The notes under the pieces: model-generated | Databases searched by the model: none | What the model was told of the DNA's origin: nothing | Seen by the model: only the letters and a program-made list of their open reading frames with translations | Made by a program: the position numbers and the translations under genes | In this document: positions 7,416 to 15,684 of the stretch, piece after piece | How positions within the stretch are numbered: position 1 is the stretch's first letter | Layout of the letters: each line of letters begins with the position of its first letter | Source of the DNA: a virus | Lineage: Duplodnaviria > Caudoviricetes | IMG/VR virus record: IMGVR_UViG_3300048690_000214 | Span: 1 to 25,720 of that record | Length of the DNA: 25,720 nucleotides | Strand: one strand, 5' to 3'

Positions 7416-8039
7416 ATGGGCTTACTTTATACATGCCCGGAAGCCGCCTCAATCGCGGACTTGCCGGAAGACTGCAAAGAATCGTTTGGGCAGATTCAGA
7501 AAGCTGTTTTTCAGCGCACATTCGCTAGCGCAGGCACAAAGAATGCTATCGCAAACCCTTTGCTGCTTGCTAGTTGGACGGCTTTGCTTGCTGCAGCGGA
7601 TGGCACCAAAGTAGTGCCAAGCCCTTATATGCAAGCACCTACAACGGAGCCCGGGGCTGCGCGCACCTATGGTGGCGGCAACGAGACGCTCGGAGGCATT
7701 GAGCTTATCGTCGGTCGCGAGCCAACGACATTCACAGCCAATATTTTGGAGAGCAAGCAGAGCACCATCAAAGCGCTCAAAACGTACATGGGAGAGACCG
7801 CAAGCGTTTTCCTAGTTGACGAATATGGGCGCATTGGTTGTATCGCAGACGACCCCGAAACACCTACGGAATACTACGGGATCCCGGTGCGTGCGCTGTT
7901 CGTTGGCGACAAGACATTTGGAGGCTTGGAGGCGCCCGACATGAATTCAGTGCAATGGAAGATGCTGCCCAATTGGTCGGACAACTTCGTTATTGTCACT
8001 CCGACAGACTTCAACGCACTTACGGACCTTGTACCATAA
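7416..8039 (+). CDS. Virion structural protein, putative major tail (tube) protein
   Basis: 207-aa acidic, beta-rich-looking protein with its own promoter box. No other tube-sized candidate appears between the neck genes and tape measure. The ORF is secure; the function is inferred. Confidence 0.5.
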   Translation: MGLLYTCPEAASIADLPEDCKESFGQIQKAVFQRTFASAGTKNAIANPLLLASWTALLAAADGTKVVPSPYMQAPTTEPGAARTYGGGNETLGGIELIVGREPTTFTANILESKQSTIKALKTYMGETASVFLVDEYGRIGCIADDPETPTEYYGIPVRALFVGDKTFGGLEAPDMNSVQWKMLPNWSDNFVIVTPTDFNALTDLVP

Positions 8040-8236
8040 TGGCTAAGAAGCAAAAAATATTGCTTCAGGCCGGAGCCGACCGCCGTTATTTTGATGCAGA
8101 GCACGCCGCGCGCGTCTTAAGCATGAAGAATAACGGCGGGTGGCACTTGCCCGAAGATTCAACCTATAAACTGCAGGAAGATGGAACTTTCGCTAGACGA
8201 AATAAAGGCGGCCTTGATAAGCCCGCGGAATCGTAG
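8039..8236 (+). CDS. Small hypothetical protein (65 aa, MAKKQKILL...NNGGWHLPEDS)
   Basis: TAATG stop/start overlap at 8037-8041. It corresponds to the 3' half of the 7838..8236 track ORF. Confidence 0.7.
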   Translation: MAKKQKILLQAGADRRYFDAEHAARVLSMKNNGGWHLPEDSTYKLQEDGTFARRNKGGLDKPAES

Positions 8237-9884
8237 TTCTTTGCATAAAGCCGTCGAGCACGAAGAGCGAATAAAGTTCCATGCAGATGTAGAACTTGAG
8301 CAAAGGAATGTGTCTAGGGCGTTCGGGGTTTTTCTTGATTGGGTTGCGACTATTTTGCCTAAAGACAAATACCGCGTATTCCTATCGCTGTTCAAACTGC
8401 CGACACCGAATGCGCAGCTTGCCAATGAGATATTCACGGAGCTCAAACAGATATGGGATGGCACAAACCCCGTATACCAATACCAATTTACAAGCCAAGA
8501 ATACAAAGAAGACTGGCTTGCATATAGGCGCGATGCTTTGGAGAGCCCAGAAGTGTGGAAAACAAAAGGATGGGAGGCCTTCAGGTCTGCCATAAATTCA
8601 GTGCTTATTGTTGACTTGCCAAAAGAGCAAAAAAGCAAGCTGCCCGAGCCTTATTTCTACTTTCTTGACATAGCAAAAGTGCATGATTTTGCTATGGATG
8701 GCGACGGCTTAGCCTATATAATGTTTTGGGAAGCTGAAGACAAATTGGCTGTTGTGGATGGCGCGCAATATAGGCTTTTGCAGGTAGATGGCGACAAAGT
8801 AAAAGCTGTGCTTCACGAAGCGCAGCACTCCTTAGGCTACTGCCCCGCAGAATTCTTTTGGCGCACGCCAATAAACAGGAAAGAGCAAGCTGTAAAAATG
8901 TCGCCCTTATCTGCGCATTTGACCAACCTAGATTGGCTTCTGTTCTTTATGACGTCTAAGAAGCACTTAGACTTATATGCCGCTTATCCTATATACTCAA
9001 GCTACGCGTCAGACTGCGACTTCGAAAACAACCAAACGGGAGAGTATTGCGATGGTGGGTATCTTAGGAATTCAGGTGGCAGCTTTATGGTGTCGCGCGA
9101 CGGCGCCGTGCATCAATGCCCTATTTGCGCAAGTAAAAAGATAGTTGGTGTAGGTTCGTTTATAGAGGTGCCAATACCTGAAAAGGATGGGCCGGATTTG
9201 CGAAACCCTATAACTGTAACGCCTGCGGACGATAAAAGCCTATCCTATAACACTTCTGAAGTAAGCAGGCTGCGCGCAGAGATATTTGCGGGAGCTGTTG
9301 GGGCGGGAGGCGGCATGCTAACGAAAGAGAGCGTTAACGAGATGCAAGTTAAAGCTAATTTCCAAAGCAAAAATGCTGTTTTGGCACTAGTTAAGGATAA
9401 CTTTGAGCTAGCTATAAAGTTTGTCGAAGACACATGCTGCCGCTTGAGGTATGGCGTGAACTTCATAAATAGCAGCATATCGCTAGGCACTGAATTCTTT
9501 AACTTGACGATAGAAGATCTTTATGCTAAGTACAAACAGGCAAAAGAGCTTGGGGCGCCCGTAGCAGAACTTGATGCTTTGTTAGGGAAAATCATAGACA
9601 CGCAGTATCGCAACAATCCCGTGATGCAGCAGCGCGTAAAACTATTGATGCAGTTAGAGCCGTATAGGCATTACACTGTGCAAGAACTTTCAGGCTTGAC
9701 TTCTACAGGCTTAATAGATGAAAAGCTTTTGAAGCTCAAGATAAATTTTAGCCACTACATAGACAGGTTCGAGCTTGAAAACATGGACGTTTCGGCTTTT
9801 GGTTCTGCCATAAGCCAAGAACAAAAAATCAGTATTGTTAACGAAAAATTACAGAGTTATGTCAACGAAAAAAACGTCGATTGA
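8181..9884 (+). CDS. Portal protein
   Basis: 567 aa, lying between TerL and scaffold/capsid. Contains HSLGYCPA (portal-like HxxGxxP) and a helical C-terminus with an internal Cys cluster. Confidence 0.8.
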   Translation: MELSLDEIKAALISPRNRSSLHKAVEHEERIKFHADVELEQRNVSRAFGVFLDWVATILPKDKYRVFLSLFKLPTPNAQLANEIFTELKQIWDGTNPVYQYQFTSQEYKEDWLAYRRDALESPEVWKTKGWEAFRSAINSVLIVDLPKEQKSKLPEPYFYFLDIAKVHDFAMDGDGLAYIMFWEAEDKLAVVDGAQYRLLQVDGDKVKAVLHEAQHSLGYCPAEFFWRTPINRKEQAVKMSPLSAHLTNLDWLLFFMTSKKHLDLYAAYPIYSSYASDCDFENNQTGEYCDGGYLRNSGGSFMVSRDGAVHQCPICASKKIVGVGSFIEVPIPEKDGPDLRNPITVTPADDKSLSYNTSEVSRLRAEIFAGAVGAGGGMLTKESVNEMQVKANFQSKNAVLALVKDNFELAIKFVEDTCCRLRYGVNFINSSISLGTEFFNLTIEDLYAKYKQAKELGAPVAELDALLGKIIDTQYRNNPVMQQRVKLLMQLEPYRHYTVQELSGLTSTGLIDEKLLKLKINFSHYIDRFELENMDVSAFGSAISQEQKISIVNEKLQSYVNEKNVD

Positions 9885-10155
9885 AGAGGCGGCGCAAGAA
9901 GCTAAAGAGAGTGCTTTGAACAAAGCGGCTGAAATTGCAGAATCCGGCGTATACGAGCCGAGTGCAAAAGAAAAGAGCCTTTTTCATGTGCAGCTTGAAA
10001 AAGTGAAGTTCAACCCTGTAACGGGCGAGAGGCTTTCTAAAGCCGTGATTCAGAAGTTCAACCCAAAGGCGTACGCCAACTTCATTAAGTTTGCCGCAAC
10101 GCTTGGCTTCACGAAAGTGGAAGTCCTTTGGAATCCCGAAGAAGACAATTTCTAA
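9859..10155 (+). CDS. Hypothetical head-module protein (98 aa)
   Basis: ATG at 9859 overlaps the portal end. The ORF fills the gap before the scaffold gene. Confidence 0.7.
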   Translation: MSTKKTSIEEAAQEAKESALNKAAEIAESGVYEPSAKEKSLFHVQLEKVKFNPVTGERLSKAVIQKFNPKAYANFIKFAATLGFTKVEVLWNPEEDNF

Positions 10156-10173
10156 CCTTAAAAACAAACAGGC

Positions 10174-11115
10174 ATGGCCCTCACACCAGAAACCTTAAAG
10201 GCTACCACTGTGCTAGCTGCACTAACAGAAGAGCAGCTAGCAGCGATAGCCACGCTTTCAGTCAATGACGAAGCGCGCGTTGTTTCTTCCAAAGTAAACG
10301 AGCATTTCAGCAAGCTTGAAGAAACCGTAAAAGCTGCAAGCGGCGTGGCAAAAAAAGACGGAGAGAAGCCGCAAGAATACATATCGCGCACCTTGGTAGC
10401 TTTCAAAGAGCAAGCCACGGGAGCGGAAGCATTCAAAACCGAGTCGGAAAAGCATAAAGCTAAAATAGCTGAATTGGAGACCGCTATCAAGGCGGGCGCC
10501 GGCTCAGACATTATTGCTAAGCAGCTGCAAGATTCTAGGAACGAGCTTAGCGCGCTGCGAAACGCTTTCGATTCTGAAAAAGCTGCTTGGGCAGGAAAGG
10601 AAAAAGAGCTAGTTGGCGAAATTTCTAACATACGTGTGGGCTCAGAATTCAGCAAAGCTTTGGCCTCGCTCAAGTTCAAGCCTGAATATCCCAAAGAGGT
10701 CATTGAAACCATGGTAAGCAATGCCAAAGAAAAAGTGATGCGGGAATATAAGCCAGATTGGCTAAATGTTTCAGGTTCCACGGCTTTGGTATTCAGAGAC
10801 CAGACGGGAGAGATTGCAAGGAACAAAAGCAACGCTTTGAATCCATACACGCCCGAGGAGCTGCTAAAACAGCATTTGCAGGTTGTGCTAGACACAGGCA
10901 AGACGCAAGAGGGAGCCGGCACAAAAGGTGAAGGTTCTGCAGGGCAAAAATCGGACCCTGTGGACCTGCGAAGTGCAAAAACGCAGCTTGAAGCAGACAG
11001 GGCTATTGCTGCTGCTTTGATGGCGAAAGGGCTTACTAGAGGCAGTGCAGAATTTGCTTCAGAGCAGACAAAGTTAAGGGCTGAAAACAAAGTAAGCCTG
11101 CTTCCTATCCGCTAA
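10174..11115 (+). CDS. Capsid scaffolding protein
   Basis: Ala/Glu/Lys-rich coiled coil with a Gly-rich linker (GAGTKGEGSAG) near the C-terminus, immediately upstream of the capsid gene. Confidence 0.72.
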   Translation: MALTPETLKATTVLAALTEEQLAAIATLSVNDEARVVSSKVNEHFSKLEETVKAASGVAKKDGEKPQEYISRTLVAFKEQATGAEAFKTESEKHKAKIAELETAIKAGAGSDIIAKQLQDSRNELSALRNAFDSEKAAWAGKEKELVGEISNIRVGSEFSKALASLKFKPEYPKEVIETMVSNAKEKVMREYKPDWLNVSGSTALVFRDQTGEIARNKSNALNPYTPEELLKQHLQVVLDTGKTQEGAGTKGEGSAGQKSDPVDLRSAKTQLEADRAIAAALMAKGLTRGSAEFASEQTKLRAENKVSLLPIR

Positions 11116-11118
11116 GAA

Positions 11119-11177
11119 AAAAAACGACAAATAAATCAACTTTTGTTTTTATTTGTCGTTTTTTATTTCTACATTTG
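11119..11177 (+). promoter_or_regulatory. 17-bp inverted repeat (possible terminator or operator) followed by a -7 promoter box upstream of the capsid gene
   Basis: AAAAAACGACAAATAAA (11119-11135) and TTTATTTGTCGTTTTTT (11148-11164) with a 12-nt loop. TACATTTG at 11170-11177. Confidence 0.65.
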
Positions 11178-11219
11178 TTGCTAATCGAATAGCAATTTTC
11201 AAACTATAAATATAAGGGC

Positions 11220-12260
11220 ATGTCGTTAATCAACACACGCGTTCAGAACGTCAGAGCCGCCGGTAACATTGATAAAAACGAGTTGAGGGCTTCGCGCTAT
11301 GGCGCGCTTGATTTGTTCATGATGCAATCGTCAGACCCGGCCGGTATTTTGACAGAAGAGCTTAAGCAGAAAGCGCTTAGCTCAATTGGCAATACATTTG
11401 AAACGCCCGTCATTGATTATGATGGCAGCGTAACAATTGGAAGCACGCGCAGCGTGACAATTGCAGACGATGAAAACACGTCGCAGATGCACACAATTTC
11501 GTTCGCTACATTTTCGTGGGGTTTCACAATCGTGCCCGCTATGTATATGAACAACGAGATTGCAATCCAAGCGGATTTTCAGCGCAAGTTTTTGAAGTAC
11601 CTTTACAAGTTTGCGGAGACGCTTGATGCTGTGGCTGTGGCTGCTTTGGATTCGGCCAAAACGCAAGTTTTCGAAGATGCTTTGAATTATGCTATCACGG
11701 GCGACGTGCTGCAGGCGCCTTGGACTTCGCGCGACAACGTTATTGGAGACATTAACCCTATCATGGCGGCCAACGATCACTATGGCCAAATCCATTTGCT
11801 TGGAAACGCAGGCATTGAGAGCATCATACGCAAGCTAGCAGAAAGGGGTATCTACAACAGCGAAAACAAGACGCTCGAGTATTCAGACAAGATGCTGCAC
11901 TTTTCTACGCGCATTGGCAATGGTGTAGGCGAATTCGCAAACGCTTTTGCTGTGCAAGGTGGTTCCCTTGGCGTTCTTACCCGCTTTGAGCGTGAAAGCT
12001 TGCTTGGCACGACCATGCAGGACGGCACAGAGTGGGGCATTGAGACGCTGCCTATGATTAACTTCCCTTGCGGTACGTACTTCTACGAAAGCAAAGGAGA
12101 CTTCTCAGGCATTGCAGGCGCCGCTACAGCGGACATGACCCGGGCACGCAAAGAGCACTATGGTTTTGCCGTAGATGTTGCTTTCATTACGCCGTATAAC
12201 TCGGACCCTGCGACCATCGCAAATCCGATTATGCAGCTTGCCGTATTGGCAGAAGTATAA
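11220..12260 (+). CDS. Major capsid protein
   Basis: 346 aa, follows the scaffold, has its own promoter box and a strong downstream hairpin. Size and position fit an HK97-fold capsid protein. Confidence 0.8.
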   Translation: MSLINTRVQNVRAAGNIDKNELRASRYGALDLFMMQSSDPAGILTEELKQKALSSIGNTFETPVIDYDGSVTIGSTRSVTIADDENTSQMHTISFATFSWGFTIVPAMYMNNEIAIQADFQRKFLKYLYKFAETLDAVAVAALDSAKTQVFEDALNYAITGDVLQAPWTSRDNVIGDINPIMAANDHYGQIHLLGNAGIESIIRKLAERGIYNSENKTLEYSDKMLHFSTRIGNGVGEFANAFAVQGGSLGVLTRFERESLLGTTMQDGTEWGIETLPMINFPCGTYFYESKGDFSGIAGAATADMTRARKEHYGFAVDVAFITPYNSDPATIANPIMQLAVLAEV

Positions 12261-12293
12261 AAATTTCCTTTTGGTGTGGGGAGAGTGGTGGTA

Positions 12294-12324
12294 AGGGGCG
12301 CGGCGGTTTTTCAGTCGCGCCCCT
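12294..12324 (+). terminator. GC-rich hairpin after the capsid gene (terminator or RNA stability element)
   Basis: AGGGGCGCGGC/GTCGCGCCCCT form an 11-bp stem with one G-U pair. There is no clear U-tract. Confidence 0.55.
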
Positions 12325-12348
12325 ATCATCTTATCAAATAGAACAGAT

Positions 12349-13683
12349 ATGTATAGGCCTAAAGATGCAATAGACGGACTTTTTGGCTTGATAGGTTGGC
12401 GAAAGCACTACAACCCGTCAGGGGTTTTCTTAGCTGCTTCTATGTTAGAATCTAGGACAAGCCAATGCTACCAAGATTTTCACCCCCTGCTTACGTTAGA
12501 TAACATCGAAGCGGTCGCACCGCAGTTTGAAGCAACGAACCATGCAGCTTGGAATAGCCTCAAGGCATACGCTGTTGGCGACGTAGTTTCTGTTGCTTCA
12601 GCCACTTACCAATGTTTGCGAGCAGGCACAGGCCAAAACCCTACAACAGCGGCAGCTTATTGGGAGCTTACAAATGAATTTTCTATTTGGCTAAAAGAAA
12701 AAACAAGGGCCGCCATAGGGAATGCAATTAGGAAGGTGTGGGCTGAAAAACTAAGCGACAGCACATTAAAAAACACACTAGAGCAGAAATACCTTTTTGA
12801 TGGCACGGGCCGGATGGTAGATGTTATACCAAACGAAGGAAAGCTTGTAGGATTTGAGTTAGTACCAATACGCGCAAGCGGCGTGACTGTAAAAATAGAG
12901 AAGGTTGGTATACAGACTAACGGGCAGGGCCATATGACTGTATATCTAATGCACTCAAGTTCTAAGGTGCCCGTTGCGACGTACGAATTCAATAAAATCC
13001 GCATAGGCACTATAGAATGGTTTAACGTTGGCGAGTATCTGCCATACGTAAGCGATGCAACAGACGCGGGAGGCAGCTGGTACCTAGTATATAAGCAGGC
13101 AGAGCTAGCTAATGGGATGCAAGCAATTAGCAAAGACAGGGATTGGTCAAAAAAACCATGCTCAAGCTGTTCCGCATACGATTCTAGCTCGTACACTGCT
13201 TGGAGTCGCTACCTAGAGGTACACCCGTTTTGCGTTAGTGGCTTCAATGCTGAACCAGATTTTAACAACGACTTCAATAGTGACTTCGCAGGGCCAGGCT
13301 TAGAGCTTTGGGACGTAGAAGATAACCAATACACATACAGCACAAACTACGGCCTGAATCTTCAGGTAGCTATAGAGTGCGACCCGACAGACCTTATCAT
13401 AGCCAACGCCCGTACGTTTCAAAACTTAATTGGTTTGCAGCTTGCTTCCGATATGCTTCTTGAAATGGCGTATAACGCAAACGCGCGCATCAATAGACGG
13501 CAGCAATTGGCTTCGCAGCAAGAAATATTGTACGCTTTGGATGGCGACAGCCAAGGCTATAAAAAATCAGGCATAGCACACTCGCTAGCTTTAGAGCTGA
13601 AAGGTTTGAGCCTAGACATGACAAACATGAGCCGCCTATGTTTTACATGCAATAAAAAAGGCGTAAAGTTTATGACTGTATAA
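12349..13683 (+). CDS. Structural protein (probable head-tail connector/neck) with an inserted CBM5/12-like module
   Basis: First gene after the capsid. AAWNSLKAYAVGDVVS...TYQC.....GQNPTT..AYW is a chitin-binding type 3-like motif. It also has DFNNDFNSDF and two CxxC motifs. Confidence 0.6.
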   Translation: MYRPKDAIDGLFGLIGWRKHYNPSGVFLAASMLESRTSQCYQDFHPLLTLDNIEAVAPQFEATNHAAWNSLKAYAVGDVVSVASATYQCLRAGTGQNPTTAAAYWELTNEFSIWLKEKTRAAIGNAIRKVWAEKLSDSTLKNTLEQKYLFDGTGRMVDVIPNEGKLVGFELVPIRASGVTVKIEKVGIQTNGQGHMTVYLMHSSSKVPVATYEFNKIRIGTIEWFNVGEYLPYVSDATDAGGSWYLVYKQAELANGMQAISKDRDWSKKPCSSCSAYDSSSYTAWSRYLEVHPFCVSGFNAEPDFNNDFNSDFAGPGLELWDVEDNQYTYSTNYGLNLQVAIECDPTDLIIANARTFQNLIGLQLASDMLLEMAYNANARINRRQQLASQQEILYALDGDSQGYKKSGIAHSLALELKGLSLDMTNMSRLCFTCNKKGVKFMTV

Positions 13684-13684
13684 C

Positions 13685-14140
13685 ATGGAGGCCTTAGTTA
13701 GAATGATAGCAGGCTTAAAGAAGTTTGAGCAGCTTATACTAGACACGGTTAGAAGCACGCTAGAGCAGTATGATTACATAGCACTCGATATGGTGGCCCA
13801 AGACCAGCTATATGAAAGAGGCATTGACGGAGACGGGCGCTTTATTGCAGATACCCAACCCTATGCAGCTTTTACGATAGCCGTAAAACAGGCAAAAGGT
13901 CAACCAACAAACAGAGTGACGCTAAGGGACGAAGGAGACTTTCATGCCTCGTTTAAGTTAGAATTCTATGACACATACTGCACCATCGTTGCAACAGACG
14001 AAAAAACAGAAGCTTTGATGCTTAGATATGGGCACCAAATATTGAACTTAACAGACGAAAACGTGTCGGAATTAGCGCAAAACTATGTAGCGCCGGCCAT
14101 AACAGAACTTCTTAAAAACTATGCTAGCTCGAGTACCTAA
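13685..14140 (+). CDS. Virion morphogenesis / tail completion protein (HK97 gp10- or Mu gpG-like)
   Basis: PYAAFTIAVKQAKGQPTNRVTLRDEGDFHAS resembles the YxxxT...K......L.DTG.L..S motif of this family. The position fits. Confidence 0.6.
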   Translation: MEALVRMIAGLKKFEQLILDTVRSTLEQYDYIALDMVAQDQLYERGIDGDGRFIADTQPYAAFTIAVKQAKGQPTNRVTLRDEGDFHASFKLEFYDTYCTIVATDEKTEALMLRYGHQILNLTDENVSELAQNYVAPAITELLKNYASSST

Positions 14141-14681
14141 ACCGCAAAGCCCTTATGGGTTTGATGTACCTATAGGATTGATGCAAGACGCTTTGGCGGA
14201 AGAATTCAATTGGCTTAACCACGTGTTCGGAGCTGCGCAGAACTTAACCGAGAGGCGTGGGACAAAGCTCGTGAAATACCCGGGCGTGTATGCTTCCGCT
14301 AATCAATACATAAGCGTTCTTCCTAGCGACACGCTTGGCAACATATCTTTTTTCATGCTGCATGACCCCATAGAGGTCAAGCCGTTGTCGGGCCGCAGTT
14401 CGATATTGACTGCCAAGGCGTCGATTGTATTTTGGGCAAATCTGAATACTGTATTCGGTGCTTCGATTGACAGGAACGCAGAAAGGATGACGCAGGACGT
14501 GTTGAAATTCATAAACGGTATGCGAACAAAGCAAGGACGTTTCGTTGCGTCTACGATGTATAGAAACAGCCGACACGTATACCAAGGCTTTGATATTGAA
14601 GAAGCCGACCATCAATATTTAATGCAGCCTTATTTTGGGCTGCGCATAGAGGGAAAACTAATACACCGAGATATATGTTAA
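14121..14681 (+). CDS. Hypothetical neck/tail protein (tail terminator-like by position)
   Basis: 186-aa ORF overlapping both neighbours within the morphogenesis operon. Confidence 0.5.
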   Translation: MLARVPKPQSPYGFDVPIGLMQDALAEEFNWLNHVFGAAQNLTERRGTKLVKYPGVYASANQYISVLPSDTLGNISFFMLHDPIEVKPLSGRSSILTAKASIVFWANLNTVFGASIDRNAERMTQDVLKFINGMRTKQGRFVASTMYRNSRHVYQGFDIEEADHQYLMQPYFGLRIEGKLIHRDIC

Positions 14682-14926
14682 GCTTAACAATCTGTTTGGC
14701 ACTGCTATCTAGCTTTGCCGTTTTGACTTTGGGCAAAGCTGGCCTATTTGAGTATTGCGCGCTGCACGCCCCTAAGCAAGTGGCAAAAGCGTGCTCATGC
14801 AGCTTGTGCGTTTCTTTTTGGGCAAATGTCGTTGTAGCCGTCTTGGTATACATGCTAATTGGCGACCAAACCGTTTTAGTGTGCCCGCTTGTAGCCACTC
14901 CGTTGACTAGAATATTGATACAGTGA
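14675..14926 (+). CDS. Small membrane protein with CxxCxSxW motif (DUF1360-like)
   Basis: Two hydrophobic segments flank CSLCVSFW. GTGA overlap with the next gene. Confidence 0.6.
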   Translation: MLSLTICLALLSSFAVLTLGKAGLFEYCALHAPKQVAKACSCSLCVSFWANVVVAVLVYMLIGDQTVLVCPLVATPLTRILIQ

Positions 14927-15684
14927 AGACAAGCAAAATAGCCAGCCAAAGCGTAAGATATTACGATAGCTTAGAGGAGCTGCCAATATGGCGGTTCCAA
15001 AAGTTCAATAAGTTTCTGCTAGTCGATGCAGGCGTCGGAAGCGACTTGGCAAGCATAGACAGCAAGATTGCTAAAATAAGGGCACACCTGAGCGCGGGGC
15101 GCACCAAAGAGGCAGATATTGAACTTGTTAATGTGCGGCAAGCTATGCTATTGGTTATGTCAGAGGTAAGCCCAAAGCACATGGCTTTTTCTGCGCTTGT
15201 GCATAGCATAGGCGAAAAAGAATACAGCAGCCCGTCGGACTCAGCAATGCAAGAGATATTTGCATTGCTGAACACAGAAAAAGCAAGCGCCCTTTCGGCG
15301 CTAGTCGATGCAATGCGAAAAAAGTTCGACGCGGAATTAAAAGCCTTGTTTCCGGTGGCTTTCGATTCCGCAAAAACTAACCAACAATATGACCTGCTTA
15401 AAAGGCGCGTGCTTGCTATAACCAAGGGTATAACAAAGCTCGTAAGCTATAGTGCAGAGCTTGATGCGTTAGACGACAGCATATTGACTGTGCACAAACC
15501 GGAAAAATTCATGGGCGCCGATAACCCGGAAACAGCCTACGATAAAAATTTCAACGACTTATGCGCCTTTATGCTTACGCAAAACATACAGGCGCCGAAG
15601 CAAATGATGACCATAGACTTCTATGCCACGTTTGAGTTAATAAAGAAGTCTGCAAAACCAAACGCTAAAAAACATGGCAGATAG
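14923..15684 (+). CDS. Putative tail assembly chaperone with an internal -1 frameshift signal
   Basis: Immediately upstream of the tape measure gene, helical. In-frame A_AAA_AAG at 15318-15324 is followed 6 nt later by a hairpin at 15331-15371. Confidence 0.65.
   Translation: MKTSKIASQSVRYYDSLEELPIWRFQKFNKFLLVDAGVGSDLASIDSKIAKIRAHLSAGRTKEADIELVNVRQAMLLVMSEVSPKHMAFSALVHSIGEKEYSSPSDSAMQEIFALLNTEKASALSALVDAMRKKFDAELKALFPVAFDSAKTNQQYDLLKRRVLAITKGITKLVSYSAELDALDDSILTVHKPEKFMGADNPETAYDKNFNDLCAFMLTQNIQAPKQMMTIDFYATFELIKKSAKPNAKKHGR

Noticed and set aside
7838-8038. 5' half of the 132-aa ORF, or a frameshift extension of the 207-aa protein
   Set aside because: It overlaps the 207-aa gene out of frame and I saw no convincing slippery site. 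The TAATG overlap at 8037-8041 explains the downstream 65-aa gene.
10158-11090. 310-aa minus-strand ORF and the other minus-strand ORFs in the track
   Set aside because: They are antisense shadows of codon-biased + strand genes, with Ser/Leu/Phe-rich low-information translations and no recognisable motifs.
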